Assembly: GCA_019057795.1 (NCBI GenBank)
Contig: JAHLWS010000034.1
Location: 16,057-80,056, forward strand
Source of the DNA: Promethearchaeota archaeon
GTDB lineage: Archaea > Asgardarchaeota > Lokiarchaeia > Sigyniarchaeales > SOKP01
Length of the DNA: 64,000 bases
Reading direction: 5' to 3'
The notes below the pieces were generated by a model, which was not told the origin of the DNA, searched no databases, and saw only the letters and a list, made by a program, of their open reading frames with translations. The translations under genes were made by a program, and so were the position numbers. This document shows, one piece after another, positions 18,858 through 29,005 of the stretch; positions within the stretch are counted from its first letter, which is position 1; every line of letters starts with the position of its first letter.

Positions 18858-20381
18858 TTGGATGACAATTTGACTGAATCTAATAATTTTGAACCATATA
18901 AAGACCACTTTCTGTATAAGATATTAAATCCAAAGAGTTTAGCAATTTTTGGAGCAAATAATAATTTATTGACAACAATGGGCTCTATGCAATTGCGTAA
19001 TATTATCGCTGGTGGCGGATTTGATGGCAATATTTACCCAGTTCATCCTAGACTGGATGAAGTTCAGGGTTATAAAGCTTATAAATTCGTAAAAGATTTA
19101 CCAGTAGTACCCGATCTTGCCTTTCTTATATTACCTACAAGAGTAGTACCTCAGGTTATGGAAGAATGCGGAGAAAAGGGGATTAAAAACCTTTTAATAA
19201 CTTCTGGTGGTTTCAGAGAGATTGGAAAAGATGGAATAGAACTATCTAAAAAAATTGACGAAATTTCAAAAAAATACAATATGAGATTTGTCGGTCCTAA
19301 CTGTCTTGGAATATATAATGGATGGTATGGATTTCCTGAGAAAAAGGAAGCTTATTTTAACACTTTTTGGCCTTATGCGATACCTGAACGGGGAAATATT
19401 TCGATTATAAGTCAATCAGGAACTATCGCTGCCCAAACTTTCTGGCATGCGAAAGAGATGGGTGTTAGGATTAGTAAGTCGCTTTCTGTAGGTAACGAAA
19501 GAAATATTGATATGGTAGATTTTTTAGAATATTTCAGAGACGATCCTCAAACAGGTGTAATCGGACTTTATATAGAAGAGATAAAACGGGGAAAAGAGTT
19601 TATTAAATTGGTCAAAGAAATCACTCCAAAAAAGCCTATCGTTGCGATTTATACGGGAGGAACTAAAGCTGCAGATAGAGCGATCAAGAGTCATACAGGC
19701 TCTTTAGGTGGCAATCAAAAGATTTACGACGCAGTTTTTAAAGATACTGGAATTATCTCTACTAATTCTATAACAGACTTCTTGTATTACTTAAGGACTT
19801 TGTCCTTTGCTCAAAAATATAACATATTTATGAAAGGTAATCGAATAGGAATTATTACCGATTCAGGTGGTTCAGGTTCTATGATGACGAAATCATCCGA
19901 GTTATATGGTTTAGAGGTGCCCGAATTTTCTAAACAACTAAAAGATGAGCTTTCCGAATTAATACCTTTTACTGCAAGCGCTAACAACCCTATTGATGTT
20001 ACTTTCGATGTGAATTTTTTAAACATATTTTACAAATTTCCAAAGATGTTAATGAAATCGGGAGAAGTTGATTCAATAATTATTTGGGGCGTTTTTGATT
20101 TCGACGATGTGATAGAAACAATTGAAAAATCAGGGATGGTCGTTGACGAGAATGTGAGAAATATGGGCCTCATGTTAGATAGGGCTATTATAAAACCAAT
20201 TAAGCGTCTAATGAAAAAATATTCCATTCCTGTTTATTTTAGTGGACCATTTCCATATAGATTTTCTTGGTTTCAAAAATTTCTGTCCTACGATATACCC
20301 ATTTTTGATTTGTGGGATGCTCCACCTAAATGTTTAAAAATTCTGTATGAGTATTCAGAATATCGTAAAAAACATCAATAA
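18858..20381 (+). CDS. ADP-forming acyl-CoA synthetase, alpha subunit (CoA-binding)
   Basis: PKSLAIFGA, YPVHP, GPNCLG, SQSG, KSHTGSL phospho-His, NNPIDVT. Confidence 0.9.
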   Translation: MDDNLTESNNFEPYKDHFLYKILNPKSLAIFGANNNLLTTMGSMQLRNIIAGGGFDGNIYPVHPRLDEVQGYKAYKFVKDLPVVPDLAFLILPTRVVPQVMEECGEKGIKNLLITSGGFREIGKDGIELSKKIDEISKKYNMRFVGPNCLGIYNGWYGFPEKKEAYFNTFWPYAIPERGNISIISQSGTIAAQTFWHAKEMGVRISKSLSVGNERNIDMVDFLEYFRDDPQTGVIGLYIEEIKRGKEFIKLVKEITPKKPIVAIYTGGTKAADRAIKSHTGSLGGNQKIYDAVFKDTGIISTNSITDFLYYLRTLSFAQKYNIFMKGNRIGIITDSGGSGSMMTKSSELYGLEVPEFSKQLKDELSELIPFTASANNPIDVTFDVNFLNIFYKFPKMLMKSGEVDSIIIWGVFDFDDVIETIEKSGMVVDENVRNMGLMLDRAIIKPIKRLMKKYSIPVYFSGPFPYRFSWFQKFLSYDIPIFDLWDAPPKCLKILYEYSEYRKKHQ

Positions 20382-20404
20382 TTAAATTCTTCTTTAATCT
20401 TATT

Positions 20405-20494
20405 TTACATGTTATATCCTTGCTTATATACAAGGCTTTTAATTCCTGCATTAATAATTAATTGTGCAATGATTAAATCCATGAGGAGAACCAT
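20405..20494 (-). pseudogene. possible C-terminal remnant of a dCMP deaminase
   Basis: Reads IAQLIINAGIKSLVYKQGY, matching the C-terminal A.LIINAGIK.VVY..GY pattern of deoxycytidylate deaminases; Zn motifs absent. Confidence 0.4.
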
Positions 20495-20728
20495 TATACC
20501 CCATAGAGAGAATGTGAGAATCCTTGATTAATACAACACCAACCTTTTTTTTGATGCAAGTACTTTTTTATTATAGCAACTTCTTATTTTTAATGTAAAA
20601 ATGTTTTACAATCTAAGATAATAGAACGAACATTACGAATTAAACGAAAATTAAAAAATACGAAATATATTAATTTTATAACTAAAAAAAATAAGACTAT
20701 TGTAAAAGCGTAAAACTATTTAAGAACC

Positions 20729-23700
20729 TTGTCAAATCTAAAAAAAAGAGTTTCGGAACATATTACCTTACTAGATAATTACAAATTGTTATTTGACAAA
20801 ACTCCGATTTCTATAACATTATTAGATCTAAATAGCGTTATAATTGATGTTAATTCATCAACTGAAAATTTACTGGGATTTAAACGGGAGAAATTAATTG
20901 GTAATAATTTTACGGATCTTTATAAATTATCTCCTAAAGAAAAAGCTCCTATGAACAAGATTTTTGCTGAATTAGTTAAAGGGAGTACTTTTGGCCCAGA
21001 AGATATTCAAGTTTATAATAAGGATAAAAAATTTATTTGGGTTAATATATTTGCTTGCAAAATAGAAATAGGGAAAAAATTCTATATTCAAGTTTTAACA
21101 CAAGATATAAGCCAACGCAAATTATTAGAACGAAGAATTGAAGAATCGGAGAGGAGATATAGGGGATTATACGAATCATCTCCAATTGCTTTGACGTTAA
21201 CTGATAGCAATGGTGTTATATTAGATGTTAATTCTGCTACAGAAAAAATCTTTGGATTAAAAAAAAGTGAAGTAATAGGAAAAAAATATTTTGAATTAGG
21301 AATTTTTTCACAGGAACAAATTGAGAGATTTACAAAAGATTATGAAGAAGCTTTAAAAGGAAAAAAAATCAGCCCGAGAGAAGTTCAAATAAAAAGAAAA
21401 GACGGTACCAATGCATGGCTTAGCGTTCAAAATTCTCTAAAAAAAATTGGAAATGAAATATTAATAGAAGGTATAACCCAAGATATTACCGAAAGGAAAA
21501 AGGCAGGGCTAAAATTAATCAAATCCGAAGAAAAGTATAGAAAATTGGCGGATTCTCTGCCAGAAGTTATTTTTGAAATAGATTTAAGTTATAATATAAC
21601 ATATACAAATTCAATCGCAACTAAAATCTTTGGATATTCAAATGAAGAATTCAAGAAAGGAATGAAAATATTTCAATTTGTATCATTTGACGATAAAGAA
21701 TCGGCTTTAAAACAAACACAGCAATTATTTAAAGGCGAATATTTAAAACCATTAGTTTTGAAGCTAAAAAGAAAAGATGGAACGTTTTTTTTTGCTAATA
21801 TTTATGCAAGCCGAATTTTTAAACATAAAAAAGTTGTCGGAGTAAGATGCATAATACATGATATTACAGAGATGAAAATTACTCAAGAAAAATTAATCGA
21901 ATCACAGAAAAAATATAAGGATTTAGCAAATTCTTTACCAGAAGTAATTTTTGAGATTGATTTAAAGTTTAATTTAACTTATACAAACGCGATCGCGTCG
22001 AAGATTTTTGGATATTCTCACGAAGACTTTAAAAAGGGTTTAAATATATTTAATTTCATTTCTTCTGAAGATAAAAAACGAGTTCTTAAAAATTTAAGCC
22101 GTATATTTAAAGGAGAGTTCATTGAGCCTATCATTTTACAACTAAGAAAGAAGGATAACTCCTTTTTTTACGGGACTATTAACGCAACGCCAATTTTTAA
22201 GGGATCAAAAATAGTGGGCATGAGAAGCGTAATTCATGATGTAACAGAGATGGTAAACGCCGAAGAAAAAATAAAGGAATCTGAAGCAAAATTTCGAACG
22301 ATTTCCGAGCAATCATTGATGGGCATTTCTATTATCCAAGGTGATCGTGTAAAATACGTCAATAAAACACTTTCTGATATATTTGGATATTCTATTGAAG
22401 AAGTATTAAGCTGGAGTCCTGGAGAGTTCTTCAAAACTATTCATCCTAAGGATAAAAAAAGAGTTATAGAATTATCAACAAAAACTGATAATGGTATCGA
22501 TAATGGTGTAAGATACTATGAAGTTCGAGGAATTCATAAAAATGGTAATATTATTTGGTTGGAAATTTATAGTAAGGTAATTACGATTCAAAAAAAACCC
22601 GCAATCTTAGTGTCATATATAGATATTAGTGAAAGGAAAAAAGCAAAAGAGGAACTAAGAGAATCTGAAGAAAAATATAGATTTTTATTTGAAAAATCGC
22701 CCACTTCAATACTTCTAATTAATTCATCTGGAATGATTGTAGATTGTAATCCCGCTTTAGAAAAATTAATTGATTACGATAGGACTGAACTTATTGGTAA
22801 GAGTTATAGCAAACTTCCATTTATGCCTTCAAAATATTTACCCGTTTTGCTTAAAAGATTTAAGCAACTTTCAGATGGAGAATCTACATCAACTATAGAT
22901 CTCCAATTAATTAAAAAAGATGGGAGCCTAATATGGGTAAATTATGAGTCCTCTTTAGTGAAAATGGGAGATAAAAAGTATATTATGGTAATGGGTCGTG
23001 ATATCTCTGAGAAAAAAGAAGTAGAAATAAAGTTAAAAGAATTAAATGAAATGAGAAAGGAATTCATTGACAGAGCTTCACACGAGTTAAAGACCCCTAT
23101 TACTACGGTTTATGGCGCATACCAGCTATTAGATACTTTGTATAAGGATAAATTCGATCCGGAGCAATTGGAATTAATAGAAATGGCATTTAGTGGAACA
23201 AGGAGAATAAGAAAATTAGTAGATGATTTGCTTGATGTTTCTAAAATAGACTCTAATGTATTTAAATTAAACAAAAGAAAAACTAATCTTGGTAATTTGA
23301 TCACAAACTGCGTTAAAGAAATGAGATATTTTATTAATAAACGCAATCATGAAATAATTATAGATCTCGAACCCGAACTTTACTTGAATATAGATGAGTC
23401 TCGAATTGAGCTTGTTTTAACGAATCTTATCTCAAATGCGATAAAATATACACCTTCGAAAGGTAAAATAAATATTAAAATAAAATCCGATGAGAAATTT
23501 GCTCAAATAACAATAAAAGATTCAGGTGTAGGTTTAACTAAAAAAGAAATAGAAGGTCTTTTCAAAAAGTTTAGCAGAGTAAAATCTCCTTTAAAGAAGG
23601 ATCTCGACATGGATTTAGGAAGTACAGGGTTAGGATTATATATATCAAAAGAAATTATTAAACTTCATGAAGGAGAAATCTGGGCTGAATCTGAAGGAAA

Positions 23701-23743
23701 AGGAAAAGGCTCCACCTTTACAGTCAAAATTCCTGTAAATTAA
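20729..23743 (+). CDS. soluble sensor histidine kinase with six PAS domains
   Basis: Six PAS units ending in DIS/DIT/DVT, SHELKTP H-box, NLISNAIKY, DSGVG, GLGL, GKGSTF. Confidence 0.95.
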   Translation: MSNLKKRVSEHITLLDNYKLLFDKTPISITLLDLNSVIIDVNSSTENLLGFKREKLIGNNFTDLYKLSPKEKAPMNKIFAELVKGSTFGPEDIQVYNKDKKFIWVNIFACKIEIGKKFYIQVLTQDISQRKLLERRIEESERRYRGLYESSPIALTLTDSNGVILDVNSATEKIFGLKKSEVIGKKYFELGIFSQEQIERFTKDYEEALKGKKISPREVQIKRKDGTNAWLSVQNSLKKIGNEILIEGITQDITERKKAGLKLIKSEEKYRKLADSLPEVIFEIDLSYNITYTNSIATKIFGYSNEEFKKGMKIFQFVSFDDKESALKQTQQLFKGEYLKPLVLKLKRKDGTFFFANIYASRIFKHKKVVGVRCIIHDITEMKITQEKLIESQKKYKDLANSLPEVIFEIDLKFNLTYTNAIASKIFGYSHEDFKKGLNIFNFISSEDKKRVLKNLSRIFKGEFIEPIILQLRKKDNSFFYGTINATPIFKGSKIVGMRSVIHDVTEMVNAEEKIKESEAKFRTISEQSLMGISIIQGDRVKYVNKTLSDIFGYSIEEVLSWSPGEFFKTIHPKDKKRVIELSTKTDNGIDNGVRYYEVRGIHKNGNIIWLEIYSKVITIQKKPAILVSYIDISERKKAKEELRESEEKYRFLFEKSPTSILLINSSGMIVDCNPALEKLIDYDRTELIGKSYSKLPFMPSKYLPVLLKRFKQLSDGESTSTIDLQLIKKDGSLIWVNYESSLVKMGDKKYIMVMGRDISEKKEVEIKLKELNEMRKEFIDRASHELKTPITTVYGAYQLLDTLYKDKFDPEQLELIEMAFSGTRRIRKLVDDLLDVSKIDSNVFKLNKRKTNLGNLITNCVKEMRYFINKRNHEIIIDLEPELYLNIDESRIELVLTNLISNAIKYTPSKGKINIKIKSDEKFAQITIKDSGVGLTKKEIEGLFKKFSRVKSPLKKDLDMDLGSTGLGLYISKEIIKLHEGEIWAESEGKGKGSTFTVKIPVN

Positions 23744-23905
23744 TAATCCTATTTGTAATTTATCTCCCTGTATCAATAAAAACTTGTTCTTTTCAATTTT
23801 TCCACTAATTTTTTAAATAAATTCTGACCTATTATATTTAGAATCTTTAAAAAAACCATATTTAATAATATTACCTCTATTATATTCTAAAGCATAAAGC
23901 AAAAA

Positions 23906-24922
23906 GTGGTTATTCGTTTGTCTATCGATTTTTTTAATCCGCCCTTGAAAATATTTAGCTCTTCAAGTACAAAAAAAGGTATAGAAATTGGAGGAGCTAA
24001 ATCAATAATTAGCATAGATAGTTCCCATAATTTCTACAACGAGGGCAATATTTATACTGAAATGTCGTGGGCTGCGTTTTATGAAGAGGAAGGGTTAGAG
24101 GATCAAATAAATACTTTTTCTACGACTGAATATGATTCTATTCGAGAAGATCCCGAGGCTTTAGTGGATACAATTGTAAAAATTATTTATCAAATTATCA
24201 ACAATCGGAAAATTTTCTATGGAATTGCGGACTTTGAGGTTGACGCGTTCTTAGATGCAAATACGACTGTAATTCCTGGCCTTAAATTGGATTACAAAAT
24301 TATTAATAAATTGTTAGAAGCTCATAAAAGAATACGCGAAAAAGGATTATTTCCCAAGATTATAATAGACGACAAAGGTATCAACAAAATTAAAATTGAA
24401 TTTCAAGGAACAAAGAAAAAAAATCTTCATATCCAAGGCTCAAAATTAGAGGATTTGATAAATCAATTACGGTTAGCAAAGGGATTTGCTGTAGGAATAG
24501 TTTGCACTTCAAGAAATGCTGCTAACTTATATATCATGAGTGATAACATTGTTTTTAGTAAAGATGAAATACCTGAAATCTATATCGATGATGATAACTT
24601 AAAAGTAATAGAATACGGAATTAAAAAGAAATTACTATTCCCAATATCCTGGTTTAGAATTGATATTGGTATTCGTAGTTTAGAAACCCTAGAACTGTGG
24701 GAACAAATTAAAGACAACCAAGAACTTAATAAAGCGTTTAACCATTATGAACGCTACATAAACGCGTTAGTATTTAAGAAATTCAAGGCCGTAGCGGAAT
24801 CTCAAAAAATTGGTAGGAATTCGGAGGACGATTTTTACAATATGACGCCTAAGGAAAGAAAGAAAGCCTTAAAAGATATGGAAAAGGCAATTGAGATTCT
24901 CACAAGAGAATATAAGGAATAA
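23906..24922 (+). CDS. hypothetical protein
   Basis: 338-aa ORF with GTG start, no recognisable motif. Confidence 0.7.
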   Translation: MVIRLSIDFFNPPLKIFSSSSTKKGIEIGGAKSIISIDSSHNFYNEGNIYTEMSWAAFYEEEGLEDQINTFSTTEYDSIREDPEALVDTIVKIIYQIINNRKIFYGIADFEVDAFLDANTTVIPGLKLDYKIINKLLEAHKRIREKGLFPKIIIDDKGINKIKIEFQGTKKKNLHIQGSKLEDLINQLRLAKGFAVGIVCTSRNAANLYIMSDNIVFSKDEIPEIYIDDDNLKVIEYGIKKKLLFPISWFRIDIGIRSLETLELWEQIKDNQELNKAFNHYERYINALVFKKFKAVAESQKIGRNSEDDFYNMTPKERKKALKDMEKAIEILTREYKE

Positions 24923-24926
24923 AATA

Positions 24927-25232
24927 CTAACCTTTTAATATTCTTGGCGCTTTAAAATGACCATCCTTAGTATGCTTAGCGTTTTTTAACGCTTCTTCGT
25001 TTGAAAGCGATTCCCATGGAACATCTTCTCTAAACACGTTTTTTAGACCCTCGATGGGGTGTGTCATCGGTTCAACATTCGAAGTATCTAAATCGTTTAA
25101 CTTCTTGAAATAGTTAAGTATATCTCCTAACTGTTTAGCCAATTTCTCTTTCTCTTCCTCACTTAAATCTAATAAAGCTAATTTAGATACATGTTCCAAC
25201 GTCTCTTTTGAGAAATCTTCCTTTTTTGACAT
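24927..25232 (-). CDS. gatC: Asp-tRNA(Asn)/Glu-tRNA(Gln) amidotransferase subunit C
   Basis: HVSKLALL...LNDLDTSNVEP...NVFRED...LKNA..FKAPRI. Confidence 0.93.
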   Translation of the reverse strand: MSKKEDFSKETLEHVSKLALLDLSEEEKEKLAKQLGDILNYFKKLNDLDTSNVEPMTHPIEGLKNVFREDVPWESLSNEEALKNAKHTKDGHFKAPRILKG

Positions 25233-25391
25233 ATTTAACTCGATAACGAAATTAAATTCTTCAGAAATTGTATTATTTGATTGTAATTAATCTTAATCAC
25301 CTTAAATAATTATTTTAAAGCTAATCGTAATAAACGAATTTCTATAAACAATAACAAAAAGAGTTAATTACCTTATACTTTTTTATTAAGT

Positions 25392-25754
25392 ATGACCGAT
25401 AAAGTCGATAAAGAAGATCTAAGATATGAAATTCCTACTCACGCTTTTATTGCCCTTGCTCGAAGGGGCATGGAAAAAATCTCTCTAGACCAATGTTTTC
25501 TAAAAAATTGCGATAATGATGTCCCTAAACTATTAGAACCATTTAAGAAAGAAGAATTTGAGGACGATCAGAAGCATGTTAAGAAAATTTACGTTAAGTG
25601 TAAGAAATGTAATGGGATTTATATTTTAAAATTGGAAACCATTAAACGCGTAGCTAAATCTACTAAAGAAGAAAACCAAGAACCCCTTTCTATGGGAATA
25701 GTATATGCGTTAGACGAAGATGGTAATAATTTAGGACATATAGGTTATTTTTAA
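25392..25754 (+). CDS. hypothetical zinc-binding protein
   Basis: CFLKNC and CKKC motifs. Confidence 0.65.
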   Translation: MTDKVDKEDLRYEIPTHAFIALARRGMEKISLDQCFLKNCDNDVPKLLEPFKKEEFEDDQKHVKKIYVKCKKCNGIYILKLETIKRVAKSTKEENQEPLSMGIVYALDEDGNNLGHIGYF

Positions 25755-25755
25755 C

Positions 25756-26442
25756 ATGAAGTATAATTACTTTTTATTTGATTTAGACAATTGTCTTCTT
25801 TATATTCCCAATTCTAAGGATTATTTTGATAATATTTTATTTGAAACTCTTAAACAAGGTTCAACTAAACACATTCCAGAGAGGAGCGAGAGAAATAAAT
25901 TCTGGTTTTCTGGTAATGGTTATATTGATTACTTAAAAAAGTGGGGAACGAATAATGTTCACGATTTTTGGAAATGTTTTGATGAAATTGACTTTGAATA
26001 TAGAAAAATTCTCGTTAAAAAAAATGAAATCTTACTTTTTGACGATGTTAAAAGCGTTTTAGAAGAGATTTATGATGCAAACAAAAAGTTAGCAATAATA
26101 TCAAACTCAGCAGATTACATTGTTGATTTCATAGTAAAAAAATTTAATATCAACAAATATTTCAATTATTTCTTTGGTTTATCGTTTGACAAGGACCAAT
26201 CGATTGCTAAACCATCACCTTTAGGTGTTTTGTCAGTTTTAGAGAAATTAAAATACGACCCAAAATCAGAGAAAGCCATAATGATTGGTGATTCGATTGT
26301 AGATGTTTATGCAGCAAAAAAAGCAAATATCTCAGCATGTTTAATAAGAAGAAATAAAAATAAGTATCCCGATGGTTATGGTGCTTGGGAATTCAACCCT
26401 GATTTTGTTATTGAGCAATTAAACGAAGTACTCAACTTCTAA
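25756..26442 (+). CDS. HAD-superfamily hydrolase (phosphoglycolate phosphatase-like)
   Basis: FDLDNCL, ISN, KPSP, IGDSIVD. Confidence 0.92.
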   Translation: MKYNYFLFDLDNCLLYIPNSKDYFDNILFETLKQGSTKHIPERSERNKFWFSGNGYIDYLKKWGTNNVHDFWKCFDEIDFEYRKILVKKNEILLFDDVKSVLEEIYDANKKLAIISNSADYIVDFIVKKFNINKYFNYFFGLSFDKDQSIAKPSPLGVLSVLEKLKYDPKSEKAIMIGDSIVDVYAAKKANISACLIRRNKNKYPDGYGAWEFNPDFVIEQLNEVLNF

Positions 26443-26780
26443 CTACCTTAATATTATCATTTTCTAGTGTTTGCTTGTAATTCACCTACTTTTTTAGGAG
26501 GGTCATCACGGGGGAGAGAGATGAAAAAAATATAAAAAAACATTCTTTAGAGAAGAAAATCTAAAAGATACATTGTATGATCTAATTCTTCATCACTAAA
26601 ACCCTTTTAGGGAGAGGATCTCCTTTCAATACGAACAATCTTATTTTTTTAGAAAGATACACCTCGAGTGAGTATTTGAGAGAGCAAGAAAAAATTATGG
26701 AAAAAAAATAAAATTAAAATTGTTTTAAATCTAACTGACAAAATTAAATAATTAGCTTATTTATAATTCTATAGAGAATC

Positions 26781-27020
26781 ATGACTTTGAAGACAATAAA
26801 GATTGATGAAGAATTATATAAAAAATTGTTAGAAAGAAAAAAAGAACGTGAAAGTATTTCTGATGTGATTGCACGCATGCTAAATATTCAAATAAAACCA
26901 CAAAATATTACTAAATTTTTTGGATTATGGAGACGATTACCTGAAGAATATTTAAAAATCATGGAGGCAGATCGAAAAGAACTACGAGAAGATGTTAATG
27001 GGAGATTTGTGGTATCATGA
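26781..27020 (+). CDS. VapB-type antitoxin (archaeal DUF217-like)
   Basis: KTIKIDEELYKKLLERKKERESISDVIARML...FFGLW. Confidence 0.85.
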   Translation: MTLKTIKIDEELYKKLLERKKERESISDVIARMLNIQIKPQNITKFFGLWRRLPEEYLKIMEADRKELREDVNGRFVVS

Positions 27021-27046
27021 TTTTTTTAGATACGAGCCAGAATTAA
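27017..27046 (+). pseudogene. VapC (PIN) toxin stub
   Basis: ATGA overlap with the antitoxin stop; reads MIFLDTS (canonical PIN first strand) then stops. Confidence 0.65.
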
Positions 27047-27259
27047 GAGAGATTTTTTATAAAACCTATCCTATTATTTATTTAGTCAAGAAGGAGCATC
27101 TTGAAATTATATCTATTATATATGGAAGCCGAAAACTAAACCTTTAAATTCTTTTAGTCTAACCCTTTAAATTAACGGAATAATAGAATTTAAATGGTTA
27201 AAATTAAATAAATGAACTGATTTTTATTTAATATTATAAATCCTACGAGAATTCCCCAG

Positions 27260-28987
27260 ATGTCGACAAAAATAGCAGAAGAAGAGTTATTAAGGAAGAA
27301 AGTATGGAAAATAATCAATATTACGCAAGCTAACCAATTATTTGTACATTCAAAGAATTTAGAAATAAAATACTTTAATGAAGATACTCAAAAAGTAAAC
27401 ACAAAATCATTACCAGAAATATTATCCATATGCGTGTTAAACGCCTTGGTTCCCAATTCAGCAATGATCCTAGTCGGTGGACACGGAGGTGGTAAAACTA
27501 GTCTCACAAAACTTTTAGGACGAATGTTTACAGGATACTCATTAAATGATATCGAATCTTCAATAATTCGAGGACATCCGCAACTTACCGAAGAAAAGTT
27601 AGTTGGAACTCTTAAACTAGGAAAATTAATACATAAAGGCGAAGAAGAAGTTGTATGGAGGCAATTTGTTACAAAGTTTTGGAAAATTATTGATGAAGTC
27701 AATCGTCTCACTCCCTACGCTCAAGATATTCTTTTATCTTTGTTAGCAGAAGGCACTATCAAATACTACGACGAAATTAAAAAGATTGATAAATTTACTT
27801 TATATGCAACAATTAATCCTCAAGATGTTGGGACATTTGAATTATCGCGCCCATTTTTAGATAGGTTTGGCATTTCAATTCCTATTTCAATGCCTTCTAG
27901 TACAGATTTAGAATTAATTTTGACTGGCAAAGATGAGAAGTACTCGGGTTATGAAGAAATAATCCAAGTTCCTAAAGTCTTGACGATTGACGAGTTAATG
28001 GAGATTTGGTACTATGTGAACAGAATCGGTTTTAACGCTGAAGTGAATAATTACATCCACGCAATAATAAGAGAATATACATTATGTGCGAGGGTAGATA
28101 AGGGAAATTCTGAAAACCTCAAACCAAGCACTGGTTTATGCTCTGGTTGTCATTTTAATGCAGGACAAAATGTATGTAATAAAATCGAATCAATATTAAG
28201 TGTAAGGGTTGCAAAGGATCTTTTGAGATATTCGAAAGCTCTAACTTGGTTGTTAGATCTTAAAAAAATTGATGTTAATATCGTCAATACTATAGCCCCT
28301 TATGTTATTTCTCATAGGGTTATTTATTCTAGAAGGGAATTAGAAAAATCGCCGTATTGGGGAAATCAATATAAATTCTCAAAAAATATTTTAAATCAAA
28401 TTCAGAAGCGTTTTATAAATCGCGAAGTTTGTTATCAAATAACTAAACGATTTAGGGATGGAAATTCGGAAAAAGAAGATTTAACCACTCTTAAGAATTA
28501 TCAGAAAAACGATTTAATCGTTAAATACGATTTGATTCCTTTTGTCAATTCAATTAAAGATAAAAAGTATTCTAAACTCGCCCAAAAAATAAATGTCGCC
28601 TCAAAAAGTGGAGATATTAACACGCTTGCGAATATTCGTAATAATCTAATTGAAGATATAGATTTCTCTAACAGAGCTTATTTAATCAATTTATCTAATC
28701 AAGAATTATATAAGCAAACAGTTACAGACTATATTTTTAAATATATGAATAATAAAGAAATTTGGGCAGATGTTGCGAGCGAATTTCCTAAATTGGATAA
28801 GCCATTACAAGAAGCCTTTAGTAGAAGACAAACGAAACAAATTAGAACTGAAGATTTATTAATCGAAATTAACGTCACAGGGACTAACGATGACTCCTTA
28901 GTCAATATTCAAATTTCAGGTGGTTCTGAAGCCTTAAAATTAAGGGAGATTTTAGACAAATTAGATTATATTCATAAGGAGGAATAA
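27260..28987 (+). CDS. MoxR/ChlI-like AAA+ ATPase
   Basis: Walker A GGHGGGKT, Walker B IIDEVNR, ATINP, FLDRF, SVR; extra CSGC..C cluster. Confidence 0.88.
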   Translation: MSTKIAEEELLRKKVWKIINITQANQLFVHSKNLEIKYFNEDTQKVNTKSLPEILSICVLNALVPNSAMILVGGHGGGKTSLTKLLGRMFTGYSLNDIESSIIRGHPQLTEEKLVGTLKLGKLIHKGEEEVVWRQFVTKFWKIIDEVNRLTPYAQDILLSLLAEGTIKYYDEIKKIDKFTLYATINPQDVGTFELSRPFLDRFGISIPISMPSSTDLELILTGKDEKYSGYEEIIQVPKVLTIDELMEIWYYVNRIGFNAEVNNYIHAIIREYTLCARVDKGNSENLKPSTGLCSGCHFNAGQNVCNKIESILSVRVAKDLLRYSKALTWLLDLKKIDVNIVNTIAPYVISHRVIYSRRELEKSPYWGNQYKFSKNILNQIQKRFINREVCYQITKRFRDGNSEKEDLTTLKNYQKNDLIVKYDLIPFVNSIKDKKYSKLAQKINVASKSGDINTLANIRNNLIEDIDFSNRAYLINLSNQELYKQTVTDYIFKYMNNKEIWADVASEFPKLDKPLQEAFSRRQTKQIRTEDLLIEINVTGTNDDSLVNIQISGGSEALKLREILDKLDYIHKEE

Positions 28988-29005
28988 GATATAGAAATTT
29001 TTGAG

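Noticed and set aside
20148-20520. 13-bp direct repeat GAGAATGTGAGAA at 20148 and 20508
   Set aside because: Two copies only, one inside a CDS; no element between them; plausible by chance
26490-26690. Purine/GC-richer intergenic patch upstream of vapB as a possible ncRNA or IS end
   Set aside because: No convincing stem structure, terminal repeats or coding remnant could be established by eye
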